A stretch of DNA of 43,481 bases. Origin: Aquificales bacterium (GTDB lineage Bacteria; Aquificota; Aquificia; Aquificales; Aquificaceae). Positions within the stretch are counted from its first letter, which is position 1. Each line of letters starts with the position of its first letter. The stretch is taken from the NCBI GenBank assembly GCA_027078675.1, contig JALWWX010000194.1, positions 1-43,481 on the forward strand, in the 5' to 3' direction. A program made the position numbers and the translations under genes. This document shows, piece after piece, positions 17,900 to 27,147 of this stretch. Below the pieces are notes generated by a model. The model saw only the letters and a list, made by a program, of their open reading frames with translations. It ran no database searches and was not told the origin of the DNA.

Positions 17900-18916
17900 T
17901 CATTTCCACAGTTGAGCCCATATCTTGTTTTTACCTTCCTTCTTCGCGTAATAGAGGGCTTTATCCGCTTTATCTATAAGATCAAACAGATCTTCCCCGT
18001 CTTCTATGGTTGCAACGCCACCGCTCACCGTTATGCTTACTATTTCGTGATCAAATCTGAATTTTGTGGACTCAAAGGTTTTCCTTATCCTTTCCGCTAT
18101 CTTTTCCGCATCCTCAATATGGGTGTAGGGCAGAAGTATTATAAATTCCTCCCCGCCGTATCTTACCGCTATATCTGATCTCCTTATATTTGACATGATT
18201 ATGCGGGCAAATTTCCTCAGTACCCTGTCACCCTGTGTATGTCCGAATCTATCGTTTATCTGTTTAAAATTATCAAGATCAAGTATTATAAGGGAGAGGG
18301 GATATTTGTATCTTCTTGCCCTCTCTATCTCCTTTTTGCCCTCATGTTCAAGATAGTATCTGTTGTACAACTGTGTAAGCTCATCCTTTATGGCCTTTTT
18401 GAATAGTTCTTCCTTTTCTTCCTCTTCCTCAACTACAAAAGCGAGTATGGTAGCAAGGTTTTTTAAGAGTCTCCCATCCTCTTCGGTAAAAGGTTTTTTA
18501 TCTTTACTAAAATTTCCTACAGCAAGTGTTCCTATCTGGTGTTTGTGTCCCAAGGTCGTTATAAGTATGCTTTGAAGCCCAGCCTGTTTCCACCTTTCAT
18601 TAGCAATGGGATTGTTCTGATAGTCATTATCTATAACATATCCCTTTGAAAGGACCTCCTTTGATATACTTTTCCACACTGGTACTTTGTATAAAAGTGG
18701 ATCGTAATCTTTAATATGCTGATAAACACTTGTGGAAATCCTGTCATAGATAAGGTATGTTCCACTTTCATCAAAAGTACCTATCGCTGCACAGTCCGCA
18801 TTGAAGATATTGGCTATCAAATCAAGCACGCTTCTCCAATTGTCCTTTTCATACTCCCTGTTGGTTATTTTGTCCATTAGGGTTATAAGACCTTCCGCAA
18901 AGGTGTTACAATCCAT
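17900..18916 (-). CDS. GAF-domain diguanylate cyclase (GGDEF)
   Basis: The C-terminal GGDEF domain has DELTQLYNRYY, the active site RYGGEEF and an intact I-site RRSD five residues upstream. The N-terminal region of about 160 aa is GAF-like. Confidence 0.85.
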   Translation of the reverse strand: MDCNTFAEGLITLMDKITNREYEKDNWRSVLDLIANIFNADCAAIGTFDESGTYLIYDRISTSVYQHIKDYDPLLYKVPVWKSISKEVLSKGYVIDNDYQNNPIANERWKQAGLQSILITTLGHKHQIGTLAVGNFSKDKKPFTEEDGRLLKNLATILAFVVEEEEEKEELFKKAIKDELTQLYNRYYLEHEGKKEIERARRYKYPLSLIILDLDNFKQINDRFGHTQGDRVLRKFARIIMSNIRRSDIAVRYGGEEFIILLPYTHIEDAEKIAERIRKTFESTKFRFDHEIVSITVSGGVATIEDGEDLFDLIDKADKALYYAKKEGKNKIWAQLWK

Positions 18917-18934
18917 ATCAGATCCCCCTACAAA

Positions 18935-20239
18935 TCATTCTAACATAAGGTTTTTATCCATAAAATGTTTTATCTTTTCTCCCCATTTTTTTGCTTCCCT
19001 GATTATCTTTTCCTCATCCAAGGTTTTTATTTCTCCTTTATACATTACCACCTTACCCTTACATATAACAGTTTCTATATCCGAAGATTTACCCGCATAG
19101 ATAAACTGGGCAATAGGATCATACAGTGGTTGGAAATGAGGTGAATCCGTGTTTACTATGATAATATCCGCTTCATATCCCGTATCAATATTGCCCGCCT
19201 TAATGCCAAGCATGGAAAAGCCGTTCTCCGTTGAGATCTTAAGGGCTGTGTGTGCATCTATAGCCTTTGCATCCAAATTATAACCCTTATGCATCTTTGC
19301 CATGGTAGATACTTCCTCAAGGATATCCAAATTATCATTTGAAGCGGGTCCGTCCGTTCCTATACCTACCTTTATACCCCTTCTTATGTAATCTGGTATC
19401 GGGGCTATACCGGAAGCCAATTTAAGGTTGCTCTCTGGACAATGCACCACATTAACCTTCCTTTCCTTTAATATTTCCCTCTCTTCCTCATCAGTCCAAA
19501 CTACATGTGCTGCGATTACCCTATCTGAGAGAAAGCCGAGATTTTCAAGGTGTTTAACGGGTGTAAATCCGTACTCTTCTTTTACCCTTTCCAATTCCGA
19601 CCTTGTTTCCGAAAGATGTATATGGATAGGAACATCATACTTTTCTGCAAGTTCAAGGGATTTCCTTAGTGTGGAGGGTGAACAGGTATAGGTGGCATGG
19701 GGAGATACCACGGGTATAAGGTGGGAGTGTCCTTTAAATTGATTTATCATTTCTTCGCATCTTCTTATGTATTCGTCAGGTGTCTTTGCAACCTTTGTGG
19801 GAAAGTCAAGGATACCGAAGCCCAACCCCGCCCTTATACCTGCTTCCTCCACTGCCTCGCCCACTTTGTCTTCAAAGAAGTACATATCCAAGAAGAGGGT
19901 TGTCCCAGATTTTATCATTTCTAAGATTCCAAGCAAGGATCCCGTTTTAACGAATTCGGGTGATACAAATTCCCCTTCAAGAGGCCATATTACCTTCTGT
20001 AGCCAGTCCATAAGGGGTAAATCAGATCCTATACCCCTCAAAAGGGACATGGAAACATGTGTATGAACATTGGCAAAGGCAGGAAATACTAATTTACCGT
20101 CCGCATATATTGTCTCTTTTGAATCTTCCTCTATTTCTTCCCTTATCTCCTTTATTATGCCTCCAGATATCCCTATATCCGCCTTTTCAATCTTACCTTT
20201 TCTGTAAACGAGACCGCCTTTTACCACCAGATCAAACAT
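18935..20239 (-). CDS. mtaD: 5-methylthioadenosine/S-adenosylhomocysteine deaminase (amidohydrolase)
   Basis: FANVHTHVSMSLLRG (the metal-binding HxH), HLSET and GTDGPASNDNLD are typical of MtaD-type deaminases. Confidence 0.85.
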   Translation of the reverse strand: MFDLVVKGGLVYRKGKIEKADIGISGGIIKEIREEIEEDSKETIYADGKLVFPAFANVHTHVSMSLLRGIGSDLPLMDWLQKVIWPLEGEFVSPEFVKTGSLLGILEMIKSGTTLFLDMYFFEDKVGEAVEEAGIRAGLGFGILDFPTKVAKTPDEYIRRCEEMINQFKGHSHLIPVVSPHATYTCSPSTLRKSLELAEKYDVPIHIHLSETRSELERVKEEYGFTPVKHLENLGFLSDRVIAAHVVWTDEEEREILKERKVNVVHCPESNLKLASGIAPIPDYIRRGIKVGIGTDGPASNDNLDILEEVSTMAKMHKGYNLDAKAIDAHTALKISTENGFSMLGIKAGNIDTGYEADIIIVNTDSPHFQPLYDPIAQFIYAGKSSDIETVICKGKVVMYKGEIKTLDEEKIIREAKKWGEKIKHFMDKNLMLE

Positions 20240-20271
20240 GTGAAATTATTTTAATTGATAATATTAGAACC

Positions 20272-21024
20272 ATGCCCGTAATTCTTATTACAAACGATGA
20301 TGGCTACTTCTCTGAAGGTATAAGGGCTTTAAGAGAGTCCTTGTCCGATTTAGGAAGGGTTGTAGCCGTAGCGCCCGACAGAAATTTAAGCGGTGTGGGT
20401 CATTCCCTTACCTTTACGGAGCCTTTGAGGATGAGGCGTATTGATGAAGATTTCTATACGGTTATAGGAGGTACACCTGCGGATTGTATTCACTTAGGTT
20501 ACTATGTACTTCTTGACGGTAGGAAGCCGGACATAGTATGTTCGGGTATAAATCAGGGTCCCAATCTCGGGGAGGATATAACCTACTCGGGTACCGTTTC
20601 AGGGGCAATGGAGGGCAGGATCTTAGGTATTCCGTCCTTGGCCTTTTCTGTGTTCGGTGTTGAAAACATTTTATGGAAGGATGTGGCGGATGTCGCCCGT
20701 GATATTGTAAAACGCGTGCTTGATAAGGGTCTTCCCGAAGACACATACTTAAATGTTAATATTCCCAACCTTAGGAGGGGCGATATAAAAGGTATTCGTG
20801 TTACAAGGCAGGGGAAAAGGAATTATAAGGAGAAGGTCTTTAAATATACGGATCCTTACGGGAAACCCCTTTATTGGATAGCTGCGCAACAGTTTGCATG
20901 GGATAGTGAGGAGAATACGGACTATTGGGCGGTTGCGAACGGATATGTATCCATTACTCCCCTTCATATTGATATGACAAACTACAAGGCTATGGAAGCC
21001 ATAAGGTTTTTGGAGGAAATATGA
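20272..21024 (+). CDS. surE: 5'/3'-nucleotidase SurE
   Basis: MPVILITNDDGYFSEGI, SGINQGPNLGEDITYSGTVSGAMEG and YVSITPL are present. The ORF-track extension back to 20059 overlaps mtaD and has no SurE-like sequence. Confidence 0.9.
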   Translation: MPVILITNDDGYFSEGIRALRESLSDLGRVVAVAPDRNLSGVGHSLTFTEPLRMRRIDEDFYTVIGGTPADCIHLGYYVLLDGRKPDIVCSGINQGPNLGEDITYSGTVSGAMEGRILGIPSLAFSVFGVENILWKDVADVARDIVKRVLDKGLPEDTYLNVNIPNLRRGDIKGIRVTRQGKRNYKEKVFKYTDPYGKPLYWIAAQQFAWDSEENTDYWAVANGYVSITPLHIDMTNYKAMEAIRFLEEI

Positions 21025-22331
21025 GACTAAGGGAGATTGCGAAAATAGTGGGAGGCGAGCTTGTAGGAGAGGACAGGGAAGTTATGGGTTTTTCTATAGA
21101 CAGTAGAAAAATAAGGAAGGGGGAATGTTTTATAGCTATAAAAGGTAGCAGGTATGACGGACACGATTTTTTGGAGGAAGTGAAAAGGAAAGGCGGGGCT
21201 GGTGCGCTGGTTTCAAAAAAGGTTGATGTTTCTTTACCTCAAGTGATTGTTAAAGATACAGTAGAGGCCCTTAAGTACTTAGCAAAGTATAAAAGAGAGT
21301 CTTTTAAGGGTAAGGTTATAGGGGTTACGGGATCCGCGGGGAAGACTACTACGAAGGAGTTGATTCATTATGTTTTAAGCCATTTTGGGAGGGCGGAGAA
21401 AACTGAAGGTAATATGAACTCAAAGATAGGGCTTCCCCTGTGTATATTAAACATGGATACTGGTGCGGACTATTGGGTTCTTGAACACGGGGCGAGTGCG
21501 ATAGGCGATGTTAAGGAGTTGGTAAGGATAACAAAACCTTCCATAGGTGTTGTAACGGCAATAGGGGAGGAACATCTTGAAACCTTTGGCGATATTGAAG
21601 GTGTGATAAGGGGCAATTTAGAGATCTCAACGTTTATGGGAGAGGAGGACACACTTATAGTACCGGTAAATATAAAGGATAGGGTTAAAGGGGATTTTAG
21701 GGTTATAACCTTTGGAAGGGGAGGCGATGTGGAGGCTTCTGATATAACAGTAAGTTTTGAAGGTACAAGGTTTTTACTTATGGGTAAAGAAGCCTTTGTT
21801 CCTGTGGTTAATATAGGTATAGTTGAGAATGTGCTTGCATCCGCCTGTGTACTCAAGGCATTGGGAATGAAGGTGACGGATATTATTCCCCTGTTAAAAG
21901 ATTTCAAAGGTGTTCCCGGAAGGATGAGGATTATTAAAGTTAAAGATTACTATGTTATAGATGACTCTTATAATTCAAATCCTTTATCTTTAAAGAATGC
22001 CCTCAACACACTTTCCCTTTTTCCGTGCAGAAAGGTTGCAATCCTTGGAGATATGCTTGAGCTGGGGGATTTCAGTGAAAAGCTTCACAGGGAGGCTGGC
22101 ATTTTTATAGCGGATCTTGATATTGATGAGATTATATTTTACGGTAAATGGATGAAATACGCATGGGAAGAAGCGATAAAAAGGCACAGATACGCTAAAT
22201 ATACGGAAACAAAAGCCGATATACTTGCAGAGGTTGATAAAATGTATAAAAAGGATACGGTTTTTCTTGTTAAGGGTTCAAGGGGTATGGCTATGGAAGA
22301 TATTGTAAATTACTTGGTGCGGGAGGCATAG
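21021..22331 (+). CDS. murF: UDP-N-acetylmuramoyl-tripeptide--D-alanyl-D-alanine ligase
   Basis: The Mur-ligase P-loop GVTGSAGKTTTKE, DDSYNSNP and GDMLELG are present. ATGA overlap with surE. Confidence 0.9.
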   Translation: MRLREIAKIVGGELVGEDREVMGFSIDSRKIRKGECFIAIKGSRYDGHDFLEEVKRKGGAGALVSKKVDVSLPQVIVKDTVEALKYLAKYKRESFKGKVIGVTGSAGKTTTKELIHYVLSHFGRAEKTEGNMNSKIGLPLCILNMDTGADYWVLEHGASAIGDVKELVRITKPSIGVVTAIGEEHLETFGDIEGVIRGNLEISTFMGEEDTLIVPVNIKDRVKGDFRVITFGRGGDVEASDITVSFEGTRFLLMGKEAFVPVVNIGIVENVLASACVLKALGMKVTDIIPLLKDFKGVPGRMRIIKVKDYYVIDDSYNSNPLSLKNALNTLSLFPCRKVAILGDMLELGDFSEKLHREAGIFIADLDIDEIIFYGKWMKYAWEEAIKRHRYAKYTETKADILAEVDKMYKKDTVFLVKGSRGMAMEDIVNYLVREA

Positions 22332-22332
22332 T

Positions 22333-22944
22333 TTGGGAGACAGAAATATAGATCTCTATATCTATGTTGAAGGTAAGAAGTTTCTTTATCATGCTAAGGC
22401 TAAGAAAAAAAAGATTGAGGATGAAAAGCTTTTTCTTGAAACATCTCCCAACTTTGTTAAGTATGCCCTTATAGGTAAAACCGTTTATCTCGGATACAAG
22501 ACTTTCATTCTTCCCGTTAGGATAATAGGAAAGGCGGAAAGTGAGGTTATATTCTCTTTGCCGGATCTCAAGCCTAAGGAGTCCATAGGAGACAGAGAGA
22601 CGGTGAGGGCTTTGACTTCCGAGGACCATCCCGTAGAGATAAACCTTCTTATAGGTGATCATCCCTATTATTACAACGCCCATGATGTCTCAGAGGGGGG
22701 ATTTGCCATAATCGTAAAGGATGAGGAGATAATAGATGAGCTTGCGGGTAAACAGGTAAGCTTTAAAATGAATTTACCTGTTGAAAGGGTAAAGGTTGAA
22801 GGAACCGCCTATGTTGTTAATGTGGTGGAGAGACCGGACGGAAGATACAAGATAGGTTTTGAAATGGATGTTGAAGACAGCGACAGGGTTAAAATAAGGT
22901 TTTATATATACAGCAGGGTCAGGGAAATGTTAATGGAAGGATGA
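22333..22944 (+). CDS. PilZ-domain c-di-GMP-binding protein (YcgR-like layout)
   Basis: RETVR (RxxxR) is followed 25 residues later by DVSEGGFAI (DxSxxG), then a beta-barrel-like C-terminal half. TTG start with the GGGAGG SD 6 nt upstream. Confidence 0.65.
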   Translation: MGDRNIDLYIYVEGKKFLYHAKAKKKKIEDEKLFLETSPNFVKYALIGKTVYLGYKTFILPVRIIGKAESEVIFSLPDLKPKESIGDRETVRALTSEDHPVEINLLIGDHPYYYNAHDVSEGGFAIIVKDEEIIDELAGKQVSFKMNLPVERVKVEGTAYVVNVVERPDGRYKIGFEMDVEDSDRVKIRFYIYSRVREMLMEG

Positions 22945-22960
22945 GTTATAATCTAACCTT

Positions 22961-23809
22961 ATGGAAGAACCTCCGAGGATAAAAAAACTTTCTTTTTTGA
23001 ATATATTAATTCCTGCGGTAGTAATTATTTTCGTTGTGTTTGCATTTTTGTCTTCTCCCTTTGTGATAATTGAAAGTGGATATGTCGGTGTTAAGTTAAC
23101 TTTGGGAAAAGCGGATAAGGAGGAACTTAAACCAGGCTTGCACTTTATTATTCCCTTTATTCAAACAGTTGAGAAGATGAGTGTGAGGACTCACAGCTAT
23201 GATATGACGGGAGGGAACTCAATTAACGCCCTATCAAAGGACGGATTGACCATCAATGTTGAGCTTACTACCCTTTACAAGATCGTTCCTGACAAGGCTT
23301 CTGAGATATATGTGGAGTACGGAAAGGATTACGAAGACAGGATTATAAAACCCGTTATAAGATCCGCTGTGAGGGACGTTATTGCAGCCCTTGACAGTTC
23401 ACAGGTATATCAGGAGAGGGATCTGATCCAGAAGAAGCTGGTTGAAAAGGTCTCTGGTGAGCTTGAAAAGAGATATATTCTCCTTGATGAGATACTTATT
23501 AGGGATATTAAACTGCCTCCCAAGGTTGTTGAGGCTATAGAACAAAAGAGAAGGGCTTACGAGGAAGCGGAGAGGATGAAGTTTCTTGTTGAAAAGGAAA
23601 AGCTGGAAGCGGAAAGGAAAAAGATAGAAGCACAAGGAATAGCGGAAGCTAACAGAATAATAGCAGGTTCCCTTACAAGGGAGTACCTCATGTGGAAATT
23701 CCTTGAAAATATAAAGGAGTATGCAGAGAGCGGAAACAATACGATAATACTTATACCCTACGATACAAAGATGACTCCTATTATAAATCTTCCTACCCAA
23801 AAGAAGTAA
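22961..23809 (+). CDS. SPFH/Band 7 (prohibitin/HflC-like) membrane protein
   Basis: An N-terminal TM segment is followed by the SPFH core (YVGVKLTLGK, GLHFIIPFIQ, IIKPVIRSAVRDV). A coiled coil follows (EKEKLEAERKKIEAQGIAEANRI). Confidence 0.85.
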   Translation: MEEPPRIKKLSFLNILIPAVVIIFVVFAFLSSPFVIIESGYVGVKLTLGKADKEELKPGLHFIIPFIQTVEKMSVRTHSYDMTGGNSINALSKDGLTINVELTTLYKIVPDKASEIYVEYGKDYEDRIIKPVIRSAVRDVIAALDSSQVYQERDLIQKKLVEKVSGELEKRYILLDEILIRDIKLPPKVVEAIEQKRRAYEEAERMKFLVEKEKLEAERKKIEAQGIAEANRIIAGSLTREYLMWKFLENIKEYAESGNNTIILIPYDTKMTPIINLPTQKK

Positions 23810-23810
23810 C

Positions 23811-25364
23811 ATGCTTAGATGGGTAAATATAAAAAAGTTCCTTCTTATAAGGAATACGGAGATTGAGTTCGGTAAAGGTATAAATGTTATAACGGGGGAA
23901 AGTGGAACGGGTAAGTCTATGATAATTGAAGCCATATCCTTCGTTCTCGGAAAGAAGGGAAATTATGAAGAAGGTACTTATGTGGAAATTGAATTGGATA
24001 CGGGTGATGAAGAACCCCTAATCATAGGAAGGGAGATAAAGGGAGGAAGGAGTCGTTTTTATATTAACGGCAGGACAAGTACCTTTTCTGCGGTTTCCGA
24101 AACGGTCAAAGACAAAATTCTCATCCACGGTCAGAATGATCATCTCAGCCTTTTCAGACACGATTACAGAAGGGATATACTTGATGAGTTTGCGGGTCTT
24201 ATAAAATTGAGGGATGAACTGTGCACCTACTACGACAATCTCACTGATCTTAAAAAGAAGTATGATGCCCTCAAGGAAGAGATGGACAACTTTATGAGAG
24301 AGAAAGAAATTATGGAATCTATATTGACTGAAATTGAGTCAGTGGGTTTATCACCCGATGAGTACGAAACCGTTAAGAGAGAAATAGAGGATCTTGCGGA
24401 AAAGGAAAGACTCGGAAGATCACTTGAAAATATACTTAACGACCTTTATTACAGGGACAATTCCCTTTACAATACACTGAGTAAGATAATCTCCGAGCTT
24501 AAAAGTATAAATGATAAGGATGTATCTTCCTTTTCGGAAGGTCTTGAGTTATTCAAGGATAAAATACTGGAAGGGGTAAAACTTCTTTCTTCAAAGATAC
24601 CAGACATTGATTATTCCAGCATTGATGAGTTAAATGAAAAGATCTACAGGATTCAACTGCTTGAAAGAAGAAATAGGAAACCTTACAGGGAGATTTATAA
24701 GGAAGTTAAGGCGTTCAAGGAGAGGCTGAAAGATGCGGAAGACTTGGAAAGGGAACTGTTGAGGCTTGAAATGGAGATAAGGCGTAGGGAAGGAGAAGTT
24801 CTTAATATGGCAAGGGATTTGAGTAAAAGGAGACGGGAAGCGGTGAAAGAATTCAAGAAGGGAGTCACGGATATATTGAAAGCCCTTAATCTTGAGGATG
24901 CGGTTTTTGATGTTGATATAAAGGAAGGAAATCTTACGAGATACGGCATAGACAGGATAGAATTCCTCTTTAACTCTGTCGGTGGGGAACCTAAGTCCCT
25001 TGAGGAGGTTGTATCCGGAGGAGAATTGTCAAGGCTTGCCTTTGCCCTTGCCCTCTTAAAACCTCCGGCTGGTACATATATATTTGATGAGGTTGATACG
25101 GGCATAAGCGGAGAGACTTCCCTTAAGCTTGCAAGGATGATAAGAAGACTCGCAGGTAAAAACCAGATTATTATAATTACCCATTCCGCCCCCATTGCAG
25201 CCTGCGGTGATGTGTTTTTTGTAACCTCCAAAGGAAGGGAAGGTGTATCGGTAAGGAAGCTTTCTCAGGAGGAGAGGATTGAGGAAATAGCAAGGCTCAT
25301 GGGTATAAAATCTGAAAGTACACTAAGAGGGGCTGAGGAGCTGTTGGAGGAGGTAAGATCTTAG
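23811..25364 (+). CDS. recN: DNA repair protein RecN
   Basis: The N-terminal Walker A is VITGESGTGKSMIIEAISFVLG. A long coiled coil follows, then the signature SGGELSRLAFAL and Walker B IFDEVDTGISG. Confidence 0.85.
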   Translation: MLRWVNIKKFLLIRNTEIEFGKGINVITGESGTGKSMIIEAISFVLGKKGNYEEGTYVEIELDTGDEEPLIIGREIKGGRSRFYINGRTSTFSAVSETVKDKILIHGQNDHLSLFRHDYRRDILDEFAGLIKLRDELCTYYDNLTDLKKKYDALKEEMDNFMREKEIMESILTEIESVGLSPDEYETVKREIEDLAEKERLGRSLENILNDLYYRDNSLYNTLSKIISELKSINDKDVSSFSEGLELFKDKILEGVKLLSSKIPDIDYSSIDELNEKIYRIQLLERRNRKPYREIYKEVKAFKERLKDAEDLERELLRLEMEIRRREGEVLNMARDLSKRRREAVKEFKKGVTDILKALNLEDAVFDVDIKEGNLTRYGIDRIEFLFNSVGGEPKSLEEVVSGGELSRLAFALALLKPPAGTYIFDEVDTGISGETSLKLARMIRRLAGKNQIIIITHSAPIAACGDVFFVTSKGREGVSVRKLSQEERIEEIARLMGIKSESTLRGAEELLEEVRS

Positions 25365-26113
25365 AATTTCTTATCTTTTATCCAATCTTCAAAGTTTTTA
25401 CCTTCTTTAATATTTTTAAGGATTTCCCTTTCAATGGGTGTAAGATCCTTAGGAATAAGATCCTTCCTTTTTTTGTAAGTTTGCTCAATCCTTTTCCACA
25501 ACAGCCAAAGATCAATGAATTTGTGATTACCACTAAGAAGGACCTCGGGAACTTTCATACCTTTAAATTCTCTCGGTCTCGTATAAACAGGGTATCCGAG
25601 CCACCTTCCCCTGAAAGAATCCTCCTCAAGACTTTTCTCATCCCCCAAGACATCCGGTAACAGCCTTGCTGTACCGTCTATAACTGCGAGTGCGGTTATC
25701 TCACCACCAGAAAGTACAAAATCTCCCAAAGATATCTCTTCATCAACTATTTTTTTAACCCTCTCATCTACCCCTTCATATCTTCCACATATTATAAGAA
25801 TTTCCTCTTTTGTACTCAGTTTTTCAAAAAAGGATTGATCTATCTTCCTGCCCCAAGGTTCGGTTATGAGGGTATAGGGTTTATGCCCCCTTGACATTAT
25901 ATCCTCATAGGCGTTGTATATGGGTTCGGGTTTTAGAACCATACCCGGAACTCCGCCGTAGGGTACATCGTCAACCATACCCTTATCCGCATATTTCCTC
26001 AGATCTATTGCTTCAACACTTAGCTTACCTTTCTTTATTGCCTGTTTTACTATTCCGAATTCGCAGTAGCATTCAATTATTTGAGGGAATATGGTAAGTA
26101 TGAAAAATTTCAT
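25361..26113 (-). CDS. trmD: tRNA (guanine37-N1)-methyltransferase
   Basis: ILTIFPQ, DDVPYGGVPGMVLKPEP, ICGRYEGVDERV, SLGDFVLSGGE and LLSGNH are present. Confidence 0.93.
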   Translation of the reverse strand: MKFFILTIFPQIIECYCEFGIVKQAIKKGKLSVEAIDLRKYADKGMVDDVPYGGVPGMVLKPEPIYNAYEDIMSRGHKPYTLITEPWGRKIDQSFFEKLSTKEEILIICGRYEGVDERVKKIVDEEISLGDFVLSGGEITALAVIDGTARLLPDVLGDEKSLEEDSFRGRWLGYPVYTRPREFKGMKVPEVLLSGNHKFIDLWLLWKRIEQTYKKRKDLIPKDLTPIEREILKNIKEGKNFEDWIKDKKF

Positions 26114-26985
26114 CCTGAAAATATTTTATTAACATTACCAAAGTGAAGTTTTGCAACACGTTTAAGGTCTATACCCCTATTCCGCAGTTCAGTGAGGACG
26201 GAGGGAATCCTTTCATCACTGCTTCCGAGAGGAATTTTAATTCCTGTTGCTTTTTCAATATCTTCTATCTGTTTCTTAAATCTTAATCTTGCAAACATTG
26301 AAGCGAGGGCAACGGGTATATATTTTTCTCCTCCGCTTTCAATGACAAGCTTATCTTCTTTAATGAAATCAAAAAATTTCTTCGTCCTTTCTTTATCCGT
26401 AAACCTGTCAATGTATATAATACCTTTGCCGTTCTTGTGCCTTAGAAGTTTAGATAGGACCTTTCTGTAAAGATTTAACAATAAGAGATTCACATCACCA
26501 GTAATGTCGCGCAGTCTGTTGTAATTTTCCGCATTTATATCCGCGCATACCTTCTTTATACATGATTTGGGAACTTCCCTTTCTATATCCTTTAAAACGG
26601 TTTCAATCCTTTTATCTTTTATCGTCTTAGAATCTCTGATGGGAAACTGTTCAAGATATCTCAAACAATCCTTCTTTATCATTACACCGCAAACAACAAT
26701 GCCTCCGAAGGTATCTCCCTTCCCTGCTTCGTCAATACCTATGTACCAGTCCGCAGGCTCAAGCCCTTCTCCGAATGTTTCTTCTATGAGTTCCTTTATT
26801 TTGTCCGTTTCCTTTCCCTGCAGAAGTACCTTTCCTGACTTGTAAAAGGTTATATAATTCTCTTCAATCCTCAAGGACCACAGGGCATTTTTAACCTTCC
26901 TCTCCGATGCATCCTTCAGCCCGAGCAGGAAATTCTTAAGATCTTCCGATCTTTTCGGATCAACCCTTATAACCGTATTACTCAT
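26110..26985 (-). CDS. rnhC: Ribonuclease HIII
   Basis: An N-terminal substrate-binding domain of about 80 aa (YITFYKSGKVLLQGK) is followed by the catalytic motif IGIDEAGKGDTFGGIVVCGV. ATGA overlap with trmD. Confidence 0.8.
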   Translation of the reverse strand: MSNTVIRVDPKRSEDLKNFLLGLKDASERKVKNALWSLRIEENYITFYKSGKVLLQGKETDKIKELIEETFGEGLEPADWYIGIDEAGKGDTFGGIVVCGVMIKKDCLRYLEQFPIRDSKTIKDKRIETVLKDIEREVPKSCIKKVCADINAENYNRLRDITGDVNLLLLNLYRKVLSKLLRHKNGKGIIYIDRFTDKERTKKFFDFIKEDKLVIESGGEKYIPVALASMFARLRFKKQIEDIEKATGIKIPLGSSDERIPSVLTELRNRGIDLKRVAKLHFGNVNKIFSG

Positions 26986-27121
26986 TCAAGTTGTAAATAT
27001 TATGAGCTTCAATGGATTTTTTTACCTCCGTCACTCTTGACTGTATAAGGCTGAAAAGCATAAAGAGGCCCAAAATAAACATGGCGGATACCAACACCAA
27101 GGATTTTTTGCTTAATCTCAT
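26978..27121 (-). CDS. Small single-pass membrane protein (47 aa), not in the ORF track
   Basis: My translation is MRLSKKSLVLVSAMFILGLFMLFSLIQSRVTEVKKSIEAHNIYNLNE. The SD GGAGAGGGGG lies 6-7 nt upstream. The ORF sits between the clpB stop and the rnhC start, which it overlaps by 8 nt. Confidence 0.4.
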   Translation of the reverse strand: MRLSKKSLVLVSAMFILGLFMLFSLIQSRVTEVKKSIEAHNIYNLNE

Positions 27122-27147
27122 AGCGCACCCCCTCTCCTCTTATTTTA

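Noticed and set aside
20059-20271. A long N-terminal extension of surE (ORF-track start at 20059). Similar extensions appear for era (15101), otsB (1317) and ispG (40423).
   Set aside because: The extensions overlap the neighbouring divergent or upstream genes. They are hydrophobic or low-complexity and precede perfectly canonical N-termini (MPVILITNDDG, MKVGFVSIVGKPNVGKS, MILLLDYDGT, MERRKTRKIKIG).
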